A stretch of 48,340 nucleotides of DNA, from NCBI GenBank assembly GCA_016209945.1, contig JACQVD010000078.1:1-48340 (forward strand). The letters run 5' to 3'. The notes below the pieces were generated by a model that did no database searches, was not told the DNA's origin, and was given only the letters and a program-made list of their open reading frames with translations. Origin of the DNA: Gemmatimonadota bacterium (GTDB taxonomy: Bacteria > Gemmatimonadota > Gemmatimonadetes > Palauibacterales > KS3-K002). Below are positions 31,556 through 39,053 of this stretch, in pieces. Position numbers and translations under genes: made by a program. Positions within the stretch are counted from its first letter, which is position 1, and each line of letters opens with the position of its first letter.

Positions 31556-34500
31556 ATGCTGAAGGCCGTCGCCACAAAGCTCTTCGGAACCAAGTTCGAG
31601 CGCGATGTGAAGAAGATCCAGCCGCTCGTGCAGGAGATTTTCCGGCACGAGGCGCGCCTGCGGACCTTCACAGACGCCGAGCTTCGCGCCCAGACCGAGA
31701 AGTTCCGGGCCGTCATCCGGGAGCGGGCGGGCTCCCTGGAATCCCAGATCGCCGAGCTCAAGGAGACGAAGAAGCGGACCGAGGACGCGAGCGAGCGGGA
31801 GTCGCTGGCGGTGCGACTGCGGAACGTCGAGGAGGCGCTCTACCGGGAGACCCAGGACGTCTTGGACGAGCTCCTTCCCGAGGCGTACGCGACGGTGCGC
31901 GAGGCGTGTCGCCGCCTCCTGGGAAAGGAGATCGTCGTCCGCGGTCAGAGGATGGTGTGGGACATGGTGCCGTACGATGTGCAGCTCATCGGCGGCATCG
32001 TGCTCCACCAGGGGAAGATCGCGGAAATGGCCACCGGCGAGGGGAAGACGCTCGTGGCGACGCTCCCCCTCTACCTGAACGCCCTCCCGGGGAAGGGCGT
32101 GCACCTCGTCACGGTGAACGACTACCTGGCGAAGCGCGACGCCGAGTGGATGGGCGTCGTGTTCGACTTCCTGGCGCTCACCGTGGGCTGCATCGACGCG
32201 GCGGAGCCCGGGAGCCGCGAGCGCCGCGCCGCCTACCTCTGCGACGTCGCCTACGGGACGAACAACGAGTTCGGGTTCGACTACCTGCGCGACAACATGG
32301 TCCTGCGTCTCGAGGATCGGGTCCAGCGCGGCCACCACTTCGCGATCATCGACGAGGTGGACTCCATCCTCATCGACGAGGCGCGAACGCCGCTCATCAT
32401 CAGCGGGCCCGTGGGCGACGAGGACAACAAGAAGTACCGGGAGTACAACGCGATGGTCGCCGAGCTCGCGCGGCGTCAAACCCGAATCGTGAACGAGCTC
32501 GTGGCGGAGGCGGAGACGCTCCTGCGGGAGGCCGAGGAGGCCGAGGAGGCCGGCGAGGCCGACAAGGAGTACGAGGCCGGGGAGAAGCTCCTGGCGGCGC
32601 AGCGGGGGATGCCCAAGCACAACCGGCTCATGAAGCTTCTCCAGGAGCCGGGGGTGAAGAAGCTCCTCCAGCGGGTGGAGGCGGACTACATGCGCGACAA
32701 GCGCCTGCACGAGCTGGAGGAGCTCGTCCTCTACACGATGGACGAGAAGGGGCACACGGTCCACGTCAGCGACCAGGGGCTCGATCTTCTCTCCCCGAAC
32801 GACCATCAGGCCTTCATCGTCCCCGACCTCTCAGAGGCGGTGCACCGGATCGAGCACGACGAGTCGCTCTCCCTGGACGAGAAGCGGGGCCGCATCGCCG
32901 CCCTCGAACGCGAGTACGCGGAGAAGAACGAGAAGATCCACATCATCCACAACCTCCTGAAGGCGTACACACTCTTCGAGAAGGACGTGGACTACGTGGT
33001 GGAGAACGGGCAGGTCGTCATCGTGGACGAGTTCACGGGACGGAAGATGCCCGGCCGCCGCTGGTCCGACGGGCTGCACCAGGCCGTGGAGGGGAAGGAG
33101 GCGGTGACGGTCCGGGGCGAGACGCAGACGCTCGCCACCATCACGATCCAGAACTACTTCCGGCTCTACGACAAGCTGGCCGGGATGACGGGGACCGCGG
33201 AGACGGAAGAGGCCGAGTTCCACCAGATCTACGGGCTCGAGGTGGTCGTCATCCCGACGAACCGGCCCGTCCGCCGCATCGACGAGGACGATCTCGTCTA
33301 CAAGACGAAGCGCGAGAAGTACAACGCGCTCCTCGCCGAGATCGAGCGGCTCCACGGGAGGAACCTCCCCATCCTCGTGGGCACGACGAACGTGGAGACC
33401 TCGGAGCTCATCTCGAAGATGCTGAGGCGCCGGGGAACGGCCCATAACGTGCTGAACGCGAAGCAGCACGAGCGGGAAGCGGAGATCGTCGCGCACGCGG
33501 GGATGCCGGGTGCCGTCACGATCGCGACGAACATGGCGGGTCGCGGGACCGACATCAAACTCGGCCCGGGCGTCAAGCGCTGCAAAGTCTGCGGGATCCA
33601 GTCCCGGCTCCCCGCCTTCGGGCAGGTGCAGGAGGAGCCCGACCTCACGGAGGAGGAGATCCGCGCCCTCGGGTGCTACGACGATCCGCCCTGCGGGCTC
33701 CAGATCCTGGGGACCGAGCGGCACGAGGCGCGCCGGATCGACCGGCAGCTGCGCGGTCGCTCCGGCCGGCAGGGCGACCCGGGGGCCTCGCGCTTCTTCC
33801 TGTCGCTGGAAGACGACCTCATGCGGCTCTTCGGCTCGCAGCGGATCGCGGGGCTCATGGACAAGATGGGCGCGCAGGAGGGCGAGGTGATCACGCACCC
33901 GCTGGTCACGAAGTCCATCGAGCGCGCGCAGAAGCGCGTGGAGATGCAGAACTTCGACGCGCGCAAGCGGCTGCTGGAATACGACGATGTGATGAACCAG
34001 CAGCGGGAGGTGATCTACGACCTCCGGCTCTTCGCGCTCGAGGGCGGCGAGGACCTCAAGGGCGAAGTCTGGGAGATGATCACGCACGCGGTTCAGTCGC
34101 GCAGAGACGAGTACTGCCCGGCCGATGCCGCGCCGGACGAGTGGGACCTCGCCGGCCTGCGGAACCGCCTCCTCCTCGACTTCTTCATCCACTGTCCGCG
34201 GCTGCCGGCCGAGGGCGACGGGCAGGCGTCTGGGTGGGACGAGCGCGACGCGGTGGAGAGCTACTGCCTCGAGGAAGCCCGGGCCGCTTCCAAGCGCAAG
34301 CTGGAGTCCTTCGGCGAGCACACGGAGCGGGTGCTCTCGTGGCTCGTCCTCTGGACGATCGACGAGAAGTGGAAGGACCACCTCTACGACCTCGATCAGC
34401 TAAAGGCGGGGATCTACTACCGGGCGTGGGGCCAGAAGGACCCGCTCATCGAGTACAAGCGCGAGGCGTACGAGATGTTCGTTGACCTCATGCGCGACAT

Positions 34501-34891
34501 CCAGAACACGGTGGCGGACCGGCTCTTCAAGACGCAGATCGCCGAGCCGCCACCGCCGCCGCGCCCGCTCCGGGTGAGCGCGTTGAGCGGCCCCACGCTG
34601 GAGGCGCCGCAGCGCGGGCTCGCCTCCGAGCCGGAGGAGGAGATCCTCGCCGCGGCCGCCGCGCCGGCGGCCCTGGCGCGGCGGGGCCCGCTCGTGCCCG
34701 GGGGCGCCGATGTGATCTCACAGGCGGCGGCGAGGGCGGACGCCGCCGCGGCGGCGATCCGTCGGCTCCCCACGAGCCACGGCGGCGAGGTCAAGCGGAA
34801 GCCGGTCACGGTCCAGAAAGTGGGGCGCAACGATCCCTGCCCCTGTGGCTCCGGGAAGAAGTACAAGAAGTGTCACGGAGCCGGCACGTGA
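31556..34891 (+). CDS. secA: Preprotein translocase ATPase SecA, long form (1111 aa)
   Basis: [68 protein letters not shown]-terminal zinc motif [14 protein letters not shown]. The PPXD region is expanded. Confidence 0.97.
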   Translation: MLKAVATKLFGTKFERDVKKIQPLVQEIFRHEARLRTFTDAELRAQTEKFRAVIRERAGSLESQIAELKETKKRTEDASERESLAVRLRNVEEALYRETQDVLDELLPEAYATVREACRRLLGKEIVVRGQRMVWDMVPYDVQLIGGIVLHQGKIAEMATGEGKTLVATLPLYLNALPGKGVHLVTVNDYLAKRDAEWMGVVFDFLALTVGCIDAAEPGSRERRAAYLCDVAYGTNNEFGFDYLRDNMVLRLEDRVQRGHHFAIIDEVDSILIDEARTPLIISGPVGDEDNKKYREYNAMVAELARRQTRIVNELVAEAETLLREAEEAEEAGEADKEYEAGEKLLAAQRGMPKHNRLMKLLQEPGVKKLLQRVEADYMRDKRLHELEELVLYTMDEKGHTVHVSDQGLDLLSPNDHQAFIVPDLSEAVHRIEHDESLSLDEKRGRIAALEREYAEKNEKIHIIHNLLKAYTLFEKDVDYVVENGQVVIVDEFTGRKMPGRRWSDGLHQAVEGKEAVTVRGETQTLATITIQNYFRLYDKLAGMTGTAETEEAEFHQIYGLEVVVIPTNRPVRRIDEDDLVYKTKREKYNALLAEIERLHGRNLPILVGTTNVETSELISKMLRRRGTAHNVLNAKQHEREAEIVAHAGMPGAVTIATNMAGRGTDIKLGPGVKRCKVCGIQSRLPAFGQVQEEPDLTEEEIRALGCYDDPPCGLQILGTERHEARRIDRQLRGRSGRQGDPGASRFFLSLEDDLMRLFGSQRIAGLMDKMGAQEGEVITHPLVTKSIERAQKRVEMQNFDARKRLLEYDDVMNQQREVIYDLRLFALEGGEDLKGEVWEMITHAVQSRRDEYCPADAAPDEWDLAGLRNRLLLDFFIHCPRLPAEGDGQASGWDERDAVESYCLEEARAASKRKLESFGEHTERVLSWLVLWTIDEKWKDHLYDLDQLKAGIYYRAWGQKDPLIEYKREAYEMFVDLMRDIQNTVADRLFKTQIAEPPPPPRPLRVSALSGPTLEAPQRGLASEPEEEILAAAAAPAALARRGPLVPGGADVISQAAARADAAAAAIRRLPTSHGGEVKRKPVTVQKVGRNDPCPCGSGKKYKKCHGAGT

Positions 34892-35277
34892 GATAGGGCC
34901 GGAGGCGAACCCGCGCCTGCTGGCTCTCCGACTCCAGCCTCGTTCCGTCTCTCCCTACTCGAGGTTGTCCGCACCCCGCGCCGATCACAGCAGGATGCTG
35001 GCCGTTGACGCTGTGTTGAAGCCGCGGCCTTAGTCTTAGCCCCGACGCTGCGAGGCGGGAGCGCGTTCGGGGCTGGAGCGAGGCCCCGAAGCACGCGGAG
35101 CGGATGGGGTGAGGGCTGGGTGGTCCCGCCACCAGCCGAGGAACTCTCTCGTGCCCCCGTGCGGCCGCTGGAGGCCCGGCCGGAGGGAGGGCGCGGGCCG
35201 CTTTGAGCACGGCCGCGCCGCCGCACGCCTGCGCAGTGGTCACGCTGGAATGGGACCCCAAACCACAGGAGGTCGTG

Positions 35278-35493
35278 ATGCGCAGGAAGCTCATCCCCGT
35301 GCTGTTGGCGCTGGGCCTGCTGGGCGGCACCGCCGTACCGGCGAACACCGCGGTCGTCCAGGACGAGCCTCAGGAGGAAGGCAAGCCGACTCAGGAGTGC
35401 ATCGGCAGCTGCAACAGCGACTTCCCGGGCGGCGACCCGTTCACGGTCGCGATCCGGGGCTGGTGCTACATCATCCGCTGCATGCTCCTCTGA
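35278..35493 (+). CDS. Small secreted Cys-rich protein: 71-aa precursor with a Sec signal peptide and a mature part with CX3C...CX4C
   Basis: ATG 35278 lies 5 nt after a perfect AGGAGG (35267-72). Sequence: MRRKLIPVLLALGLLGGTAVPANTAVVQDEPQEEGKPTQECIGSCNSDFPGGDPFTVAIRGWCYIIRCMLL. High GC3. It is embedded in track ORF 35203..35493. Confidence 0.7.
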   Translation: MRRKLIPVLLALGLLGGTAVPANTAVVQDEPQEEGKPTQECIGSCNSDFPGGDPFTVAIRGWCYIIRCMLL

Positions 35494-35527
35494 GGCCGGG
35501 CGCCTGGACCCAACTGGTCAGGGCAGG

Positions 35528-35563
35528 GGGACCGGGAGGTACGACACCGCGTATCCCGGTCCC
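35528..35563 (+). other. Perfect 10-bp stem-loop downstream of the mini-protein gene; possible attenuator or processing/stability hairpin
   Basis: GGGACCGGGA 35528-37 pairs with TCCCGGTCCC 35554-63 across a 16-nt loop. No U-tract follows. Confidence 0.45.
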
Positions 35564-35644
35564 GCGCCTGGCCGCCCTTCCCATTCAAGACGTGAACCTG
35601 GCGACGTGGCGATCGTGCGCGTGAACGACTGTGAGGTTTGACGC

Positions 35645-36745
35645 GTGAAGCGCGGATCGCATTCGCGTTGCCGCGGAAGAGGGGTTCACCTGCTCGCCGT
35701 CGGCACGGCGGCGCTGTGGGGACTGGCCTGGCTCGGCTGCGCCCGCGATCGGGATCTGCGCTCGCTGCCCCGGTTGACGCCGCTCCCGGATGCGGGGGCA
35801 ACGGCGTGGGCGGGCCTCCTCCATCCCTCGGCCATTCGAACGGACAGCGGCGGTCGCGTGTACGTCGCCGACATCGCTGACCGCAGCGTGAAAGTATTCG
35901 ATGCCTTTGGCACGCCGATCACGACGCTGGGAGGCACGGGCAGGGGCCCGGGCGAGTTCCAACGCATCCAGGACTTCGAAGTCATCGCCGGCGAGGTCAT
36001 CGTGCTCGACTCCGGACTCCGACGGGTGGTGCGCATGACCGAGGATGGCAGCGTGCTGGGGTCGTGGCCCACAGAGGGAGAGGAGGTGCTCGCTTCGCTC
36101 GGAGCGGACGTGCTGATCCTGGCGAACAGCCCGGAGTGGAGCCTGGTGCCGCCGGATGGGAGGACGCGACCGCCGCTGCTCCGGGTCCTTGATCTCCAGG
36201 GTGAGACTCGCTATCGGCTCGGCGAGCGGCAGCCGAGCAAGACGCCTTTTGCCGACTACGTCGCGAACTTCGTGCTCCCCGCAGGCACCCCGGATGGCCG
36301 CCGGATTTGGCTGGCCCGCCTGAACGACCCCGTGGTCGAGGTCTTCTCCAGTGAAACGCGTGCCTCGCGATGGATTGGCCGGCACGTCCCGTTCGACTGG
36401 CGCAGGATCGCGCCGGATTTCGTGCCGTCTCAGGCGATGCTCACGCCGGCGGGCCGCGCGGCGATCCCGTTCGATCCCGTGTCTCTGGACATCGCCACCG
36501 ACGCGCTGGGCCGAGCCTACATCCTCACGGCCCTCACTCCGGATCGGAACGAGGGCCGGCCCCGTCGAGTGGGGGTGGACATCCTGGATCCCCGGGACGG
36601 GAAGGTGACGCGCTACGTCGCGCCGGAACCGGCCACTCACATCGCGGTCTCGCCGGACGGAGGAATCCTATACCTCGTGGACGAGCGCGAGGCTCGGGTA
36701 CGCCTCTACGCGCACCGGCGCGAAGGGAGCGGGGACAGGCGGTGA
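35645..36745 (+). CDS. NHL-repeat / 6-bladed beta-propeller lipoprotein
   Basis: Signal plus lipobox-like AWLGC. NHL-type blades: GRVYVADIADRSVKVFDAFG, LGGTGRGPGEFQRIQDF, VIVLDSGLRRVVRM, ...ILYLVDEREARVRLY. GTG start. Confidence 0.8.
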   Translation: MKRGSHSRCRGRGVHLLAVGTAALWGLAWLGCARDRDLRSLPRLTPLPDAGATAWAGLLHPSAIRTDSGGRVYVADIADRSVKVFDAFGTPITTLGGTGRGPGEFQRIQDFEVIAGEVIVLDSGLRRVVRMTEDGSVLGSWPTEGEEVLASLGADVLILANSPEWSLVPPDGRTRPPLLRVLDLQGETRYRLGERQPSKTPFADYVANFVLPAGTPDGRRIWLARLNDPVVEVFSSETRASRWIGRHVPFDWRRIAPDFVPSQAMLTPAGRAAIPFDPVSLDIATDALGRAYILTALTPDRNEGRPRRVGVDILDPRDGKVTRYVAPEPATHIAVSPDGGILYLVDEREARVRLYAHRREGSGDRR

Positions 36746-36776
36746 GGTGTGAGGTTGACTCCTCCCTGAGCTTGCC

Positions 36777-37511
36777 GTGAGGGTGGAGGCGAAGGACCTC
36801 GTCTGCCGGTACGGCGTGCGGTGGCGGAAGGGAAGGCCGGCGCTCCGCGGGGTCGAATTCGACGCGGCCGGCCCGGTCGTGGGACTCGTGGGTCCCAACG
36901 GGGCGGGGAAGACCACGCTGCTCCGGTGTGTGGCCGGTTTCCTTGCGCCCTCCGCGGGCGCCGTCACGGTGGCCGGTCTCGACCCGGTGAGCTACCGCAG
37001 GCGTCACGGCATCGGCTACCTCCCGGAGCGCATGGCGCTCCCCGCCTACGCGCGCGTGGAGTCTTTTCTCAGGACCGTCGCGAGCCTGCGGCGGGACCGC
37101 TCCGCCGACGCCGTGGAGGAGGTCATCCGCTGGACGGCGATCGAGGGAGTGCGTCGCGAGCGAATCGGCAACCTCTCCCGTGGTTTCCAGAAGCGCGTCG
37201 CGTTGGCCCTTGTAGAGCTCGGGCGCCCGCCCTTCCTGGTGCTGGACGAGCCCACGAACGGTCTGGACCCGATCGCCATCCATGACCTGCGCGAGCGCGT
37301 CGCCGGTTGGCGCGCGGATGGGCGACTCGTGCTCGTCTCGTCGCACCAGCTCGACGAGGTGCAGCGTCTGGCGGACGAGGTGTTGCTCCTGTGGGAAGGC
37401 CGTGTTCGCGCCCATCTCACTCGGGAGGAGTTGAGTGCCAAGGGGCCGGGCTCCCTGGATGCCTGGTTCGCAGAGCGACCCTGGCAGGCGGGCGAGCGGC
37501 GGCACGCGTGA
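36777..37511 (+). CDS. ABC transporter ATP-binding protein (ABC-2 exporter type)
   Basis: Walker A GPNGAGKTT, Q-loop region IGYLPE, signature LSRGFQKRV, Walker B FLVLDEPTNGLD, H-loop SSHQLDEV. All motifs are intact. Confidence 0.92.
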   Translation: MRVEAKDLVCRYGVRWRKGRPALRGVEFDAAGPVVGLVGPNGAGKTTLLRCVAGFLAPSAGAVTVAGLDPVSYRRRHGIGYLPERMALPAYARVESFLRTVASLRRDRSADAVEEVIRWTAIEGVRRERIGNLSRGFQKRVALALVELGRPPFLVLDEPTNGLDPIAIHDLRERVAGWRADGRLVLVSSHQLDEVQRLADEVLLLWEGRVRAHLTREELSAKGPGSLDAWFAERPWQAGERRHA

Positions 37512-38266
37512 CCCGCGTGTCTGGGAGCCCCTGGCGATCGAGCTGGTGCGCGGCTTGGCGGTGGAGCTGGAGCCGCTGGCTCTTCCACAGGCCCGGCCCG
37601 TTCGGTTTGGCCTTTCTCGTGTTGGTGGTGCCCGCGGCGGCGTTCGCTCTCGCCGGTATGGGCGGCGGCACGGAGTGGGCGGCGGCGGTGCGGCGGACGT
37701 TCCTCCTCGGCTCGTTTCTCGCTGCGCTCTTGGTCTCCAAGGGGCTCGCCGATGACGCGTGGAGAGACGGGTACATCGTGTGGTGGCTCCAGAAAGGGCA
37801 GACCGCGGCGCGGTTCGTCCTGACCCGACTCGTGCTCGATACGGTCTTCGTACTCGCGCTCGTCTGTCTGTGGAGCCTCCTGGGAACCCTCGCGCTCAGG
37901 TTCGGGTCGCCGGATGGCATCTTCCTACGCGCGCTCCCGGCCGAGGCGGTCGGGATCGCTCTTGCCGTGTCACTCGTGGCGTTTCTTTCCGCAGCGGGTT
38001 CCGAGCGCGATTCGGATCTTGCCGTTGTGATCCTGCTCCTGGGAGCGGTGTGGAACGTGGGATTCTTTGCGGACATCCCGGGGTGGCTGCACGCCCTTGG
38101 CCGCGTGCTGCTGCCCCCCCTGGACTCGCTGGGGCAGGTGCGGGAGGCGCTCCAGCGGGGCGACCTCCGGGCGGCTCTCGGGCGATCCGCGTGGCCGCTG
38201 GCGTACTGCGGGGCGCTCTGGGTCGGGACGCTGGGGCTCGTCTCCCGCCGGGTGCCTCACGCATGA
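37508..38266 (+). CDS. Six-TM membrane protein, the presumptive permease partner of the ABC ATPase
   Basis: GTG 37508 forms a GTGA overlap with the ATPase stop. About six hydrophobic segments follow a Trp/Arg-rich N-terminus (SPWRSSWCAAWRWSWSRW). I recognise no family motif. Confidence 0.75.
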   Translation: MTRVSGSPWRSSWCAAWRWSWSRWLFHRPGPFGLAFLVLVVPAAAFALAGMGGGTEWAAAVRRTFLLGSFLAALLVSKGLADDAWRDGYIVWWLQKGQTAARFVLTRLVLDTVFVLALVCLWSLLGTLALRFGSPDGIFLRALPAEAVGIALAVSLVAFLSAAGSERDSDLAVVILLLGAVWNVGFFADIPGWLHALGRVLLPPLDSLGQVREALQRGDLRAALGRSAWPLAYCGALWVGTLGLVSRRVPHA

Positions 38267-38973
38267 ACGAGACACCGGTCCAGGCCATCAAGGAGTGGCC
38301 CTCGACCGAGCGGCCGCGGGAGCGGCTCCGAGGGCTCGGGCCCGCGGCGCTGCGCACCCCGGAACTCCTGGCGATCATCTTCGGTACCGGGTCGGCCCGC
38401 AGGTCCGCGTTGCAGGTGGCCGAGGATCTCTACGAGCGGTTCGATCGGTCGCTGCGGAGGCTCGCCGCGGTGCCCGTCGCGCAGCTGGAGGCTGTGCCTG
38501 GGGTTGGAGCGGCCCGGGCGGTGACGGTCCAGGCCGCTCTCGAGCTCGGGCGCCGGGCGGTGAAGGAGACTCGACCGGAGAGCGAGCGGATCGTGTCTCC
38601 GCGGGACGTGTACATGCGGTTTGAGCTCCGACTCCGCGATCTGCGCCAGGAGGAGTTCCACGTGCTGCTCCTGAACACCCAGAACGCGGTGATCCGCGAG
38701 GTGATGGTGAGCCGTGGGATCCTCGACGCGTCGGTCGTCCATCCCCGGGAGGTGTTCGCGCCCGCGCTCGTGGAAGCCGCGGCATCGGTCGTGCTCGTGC
38801 ACAACCACCCGAGCGGCGATCCTACGCCATCGGCCGCCGACCGCGAGGTGACGCGGCAGATGTGCGAGGCGGGCCGGGTGCTCGGGATCCCGGTGCGGGA
38901 CCACGTGATTGTGGGAAACGGGCGGTATATTAGTTTTCTGGACGCCGGCCTCCTTCGCGAGCTGGAGCGGTAG
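38263..38973 (+). CDS. radC: RadC-like JAB/MPN domain protein (UPF0758)
   Basis: ERPRERL...G...L...ELLAI....G, an HhH region, and the JAMM motif VLVHNHPSGDPTPSAAD. ATGA overlap with the permease stop. Confidence 0.92.
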   Translation: MNETPVQAIKEWPSTERPRERLRGLGPAALRTPELLAIIFGTGSARRSALQVAEDLYERFDRSLRRLAAVPVAQLEAVPGVGAARAVTVQAALELGRRAVKETRPESERIVSPRDVYMRFELRLRDLRQEEFHVLLLNTQNAVIREVMVSRGILDASVVHPREVFAPALVEAAASVVLVHNHPSGDPTPSAADREVTRQMCEAGRVLGIPVRDHVIVGNGRYISFLDAGLLRELER

Positions 38974-39053
38974 GCCGTGAACGGCCGAGCAAGCGATCGT
39001 TCGGAACCCTGTGCGGTGAGGTCGCTGAGTCCGCGCGCCCTGGGAGGTTTTGG

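Noticed and set aside
35005-35036. TTGACG...TAGTCT as a firm promoter for the candidate module.
   Set aside because: The spacer is 20 nt, which is outside the usual 16-18 nt range. It is mentioned only within the non-coding-gap finding.
35109-35624. A 171-aa + strand ORF overlapping the mini-protein gene in another frame.
   Set aside because: It has an Arg/Gly/Pro-rich composition and no SD. The 35278 frame has a perfect AGGAGG, a textbook signal peptide and GC3-rich codons.
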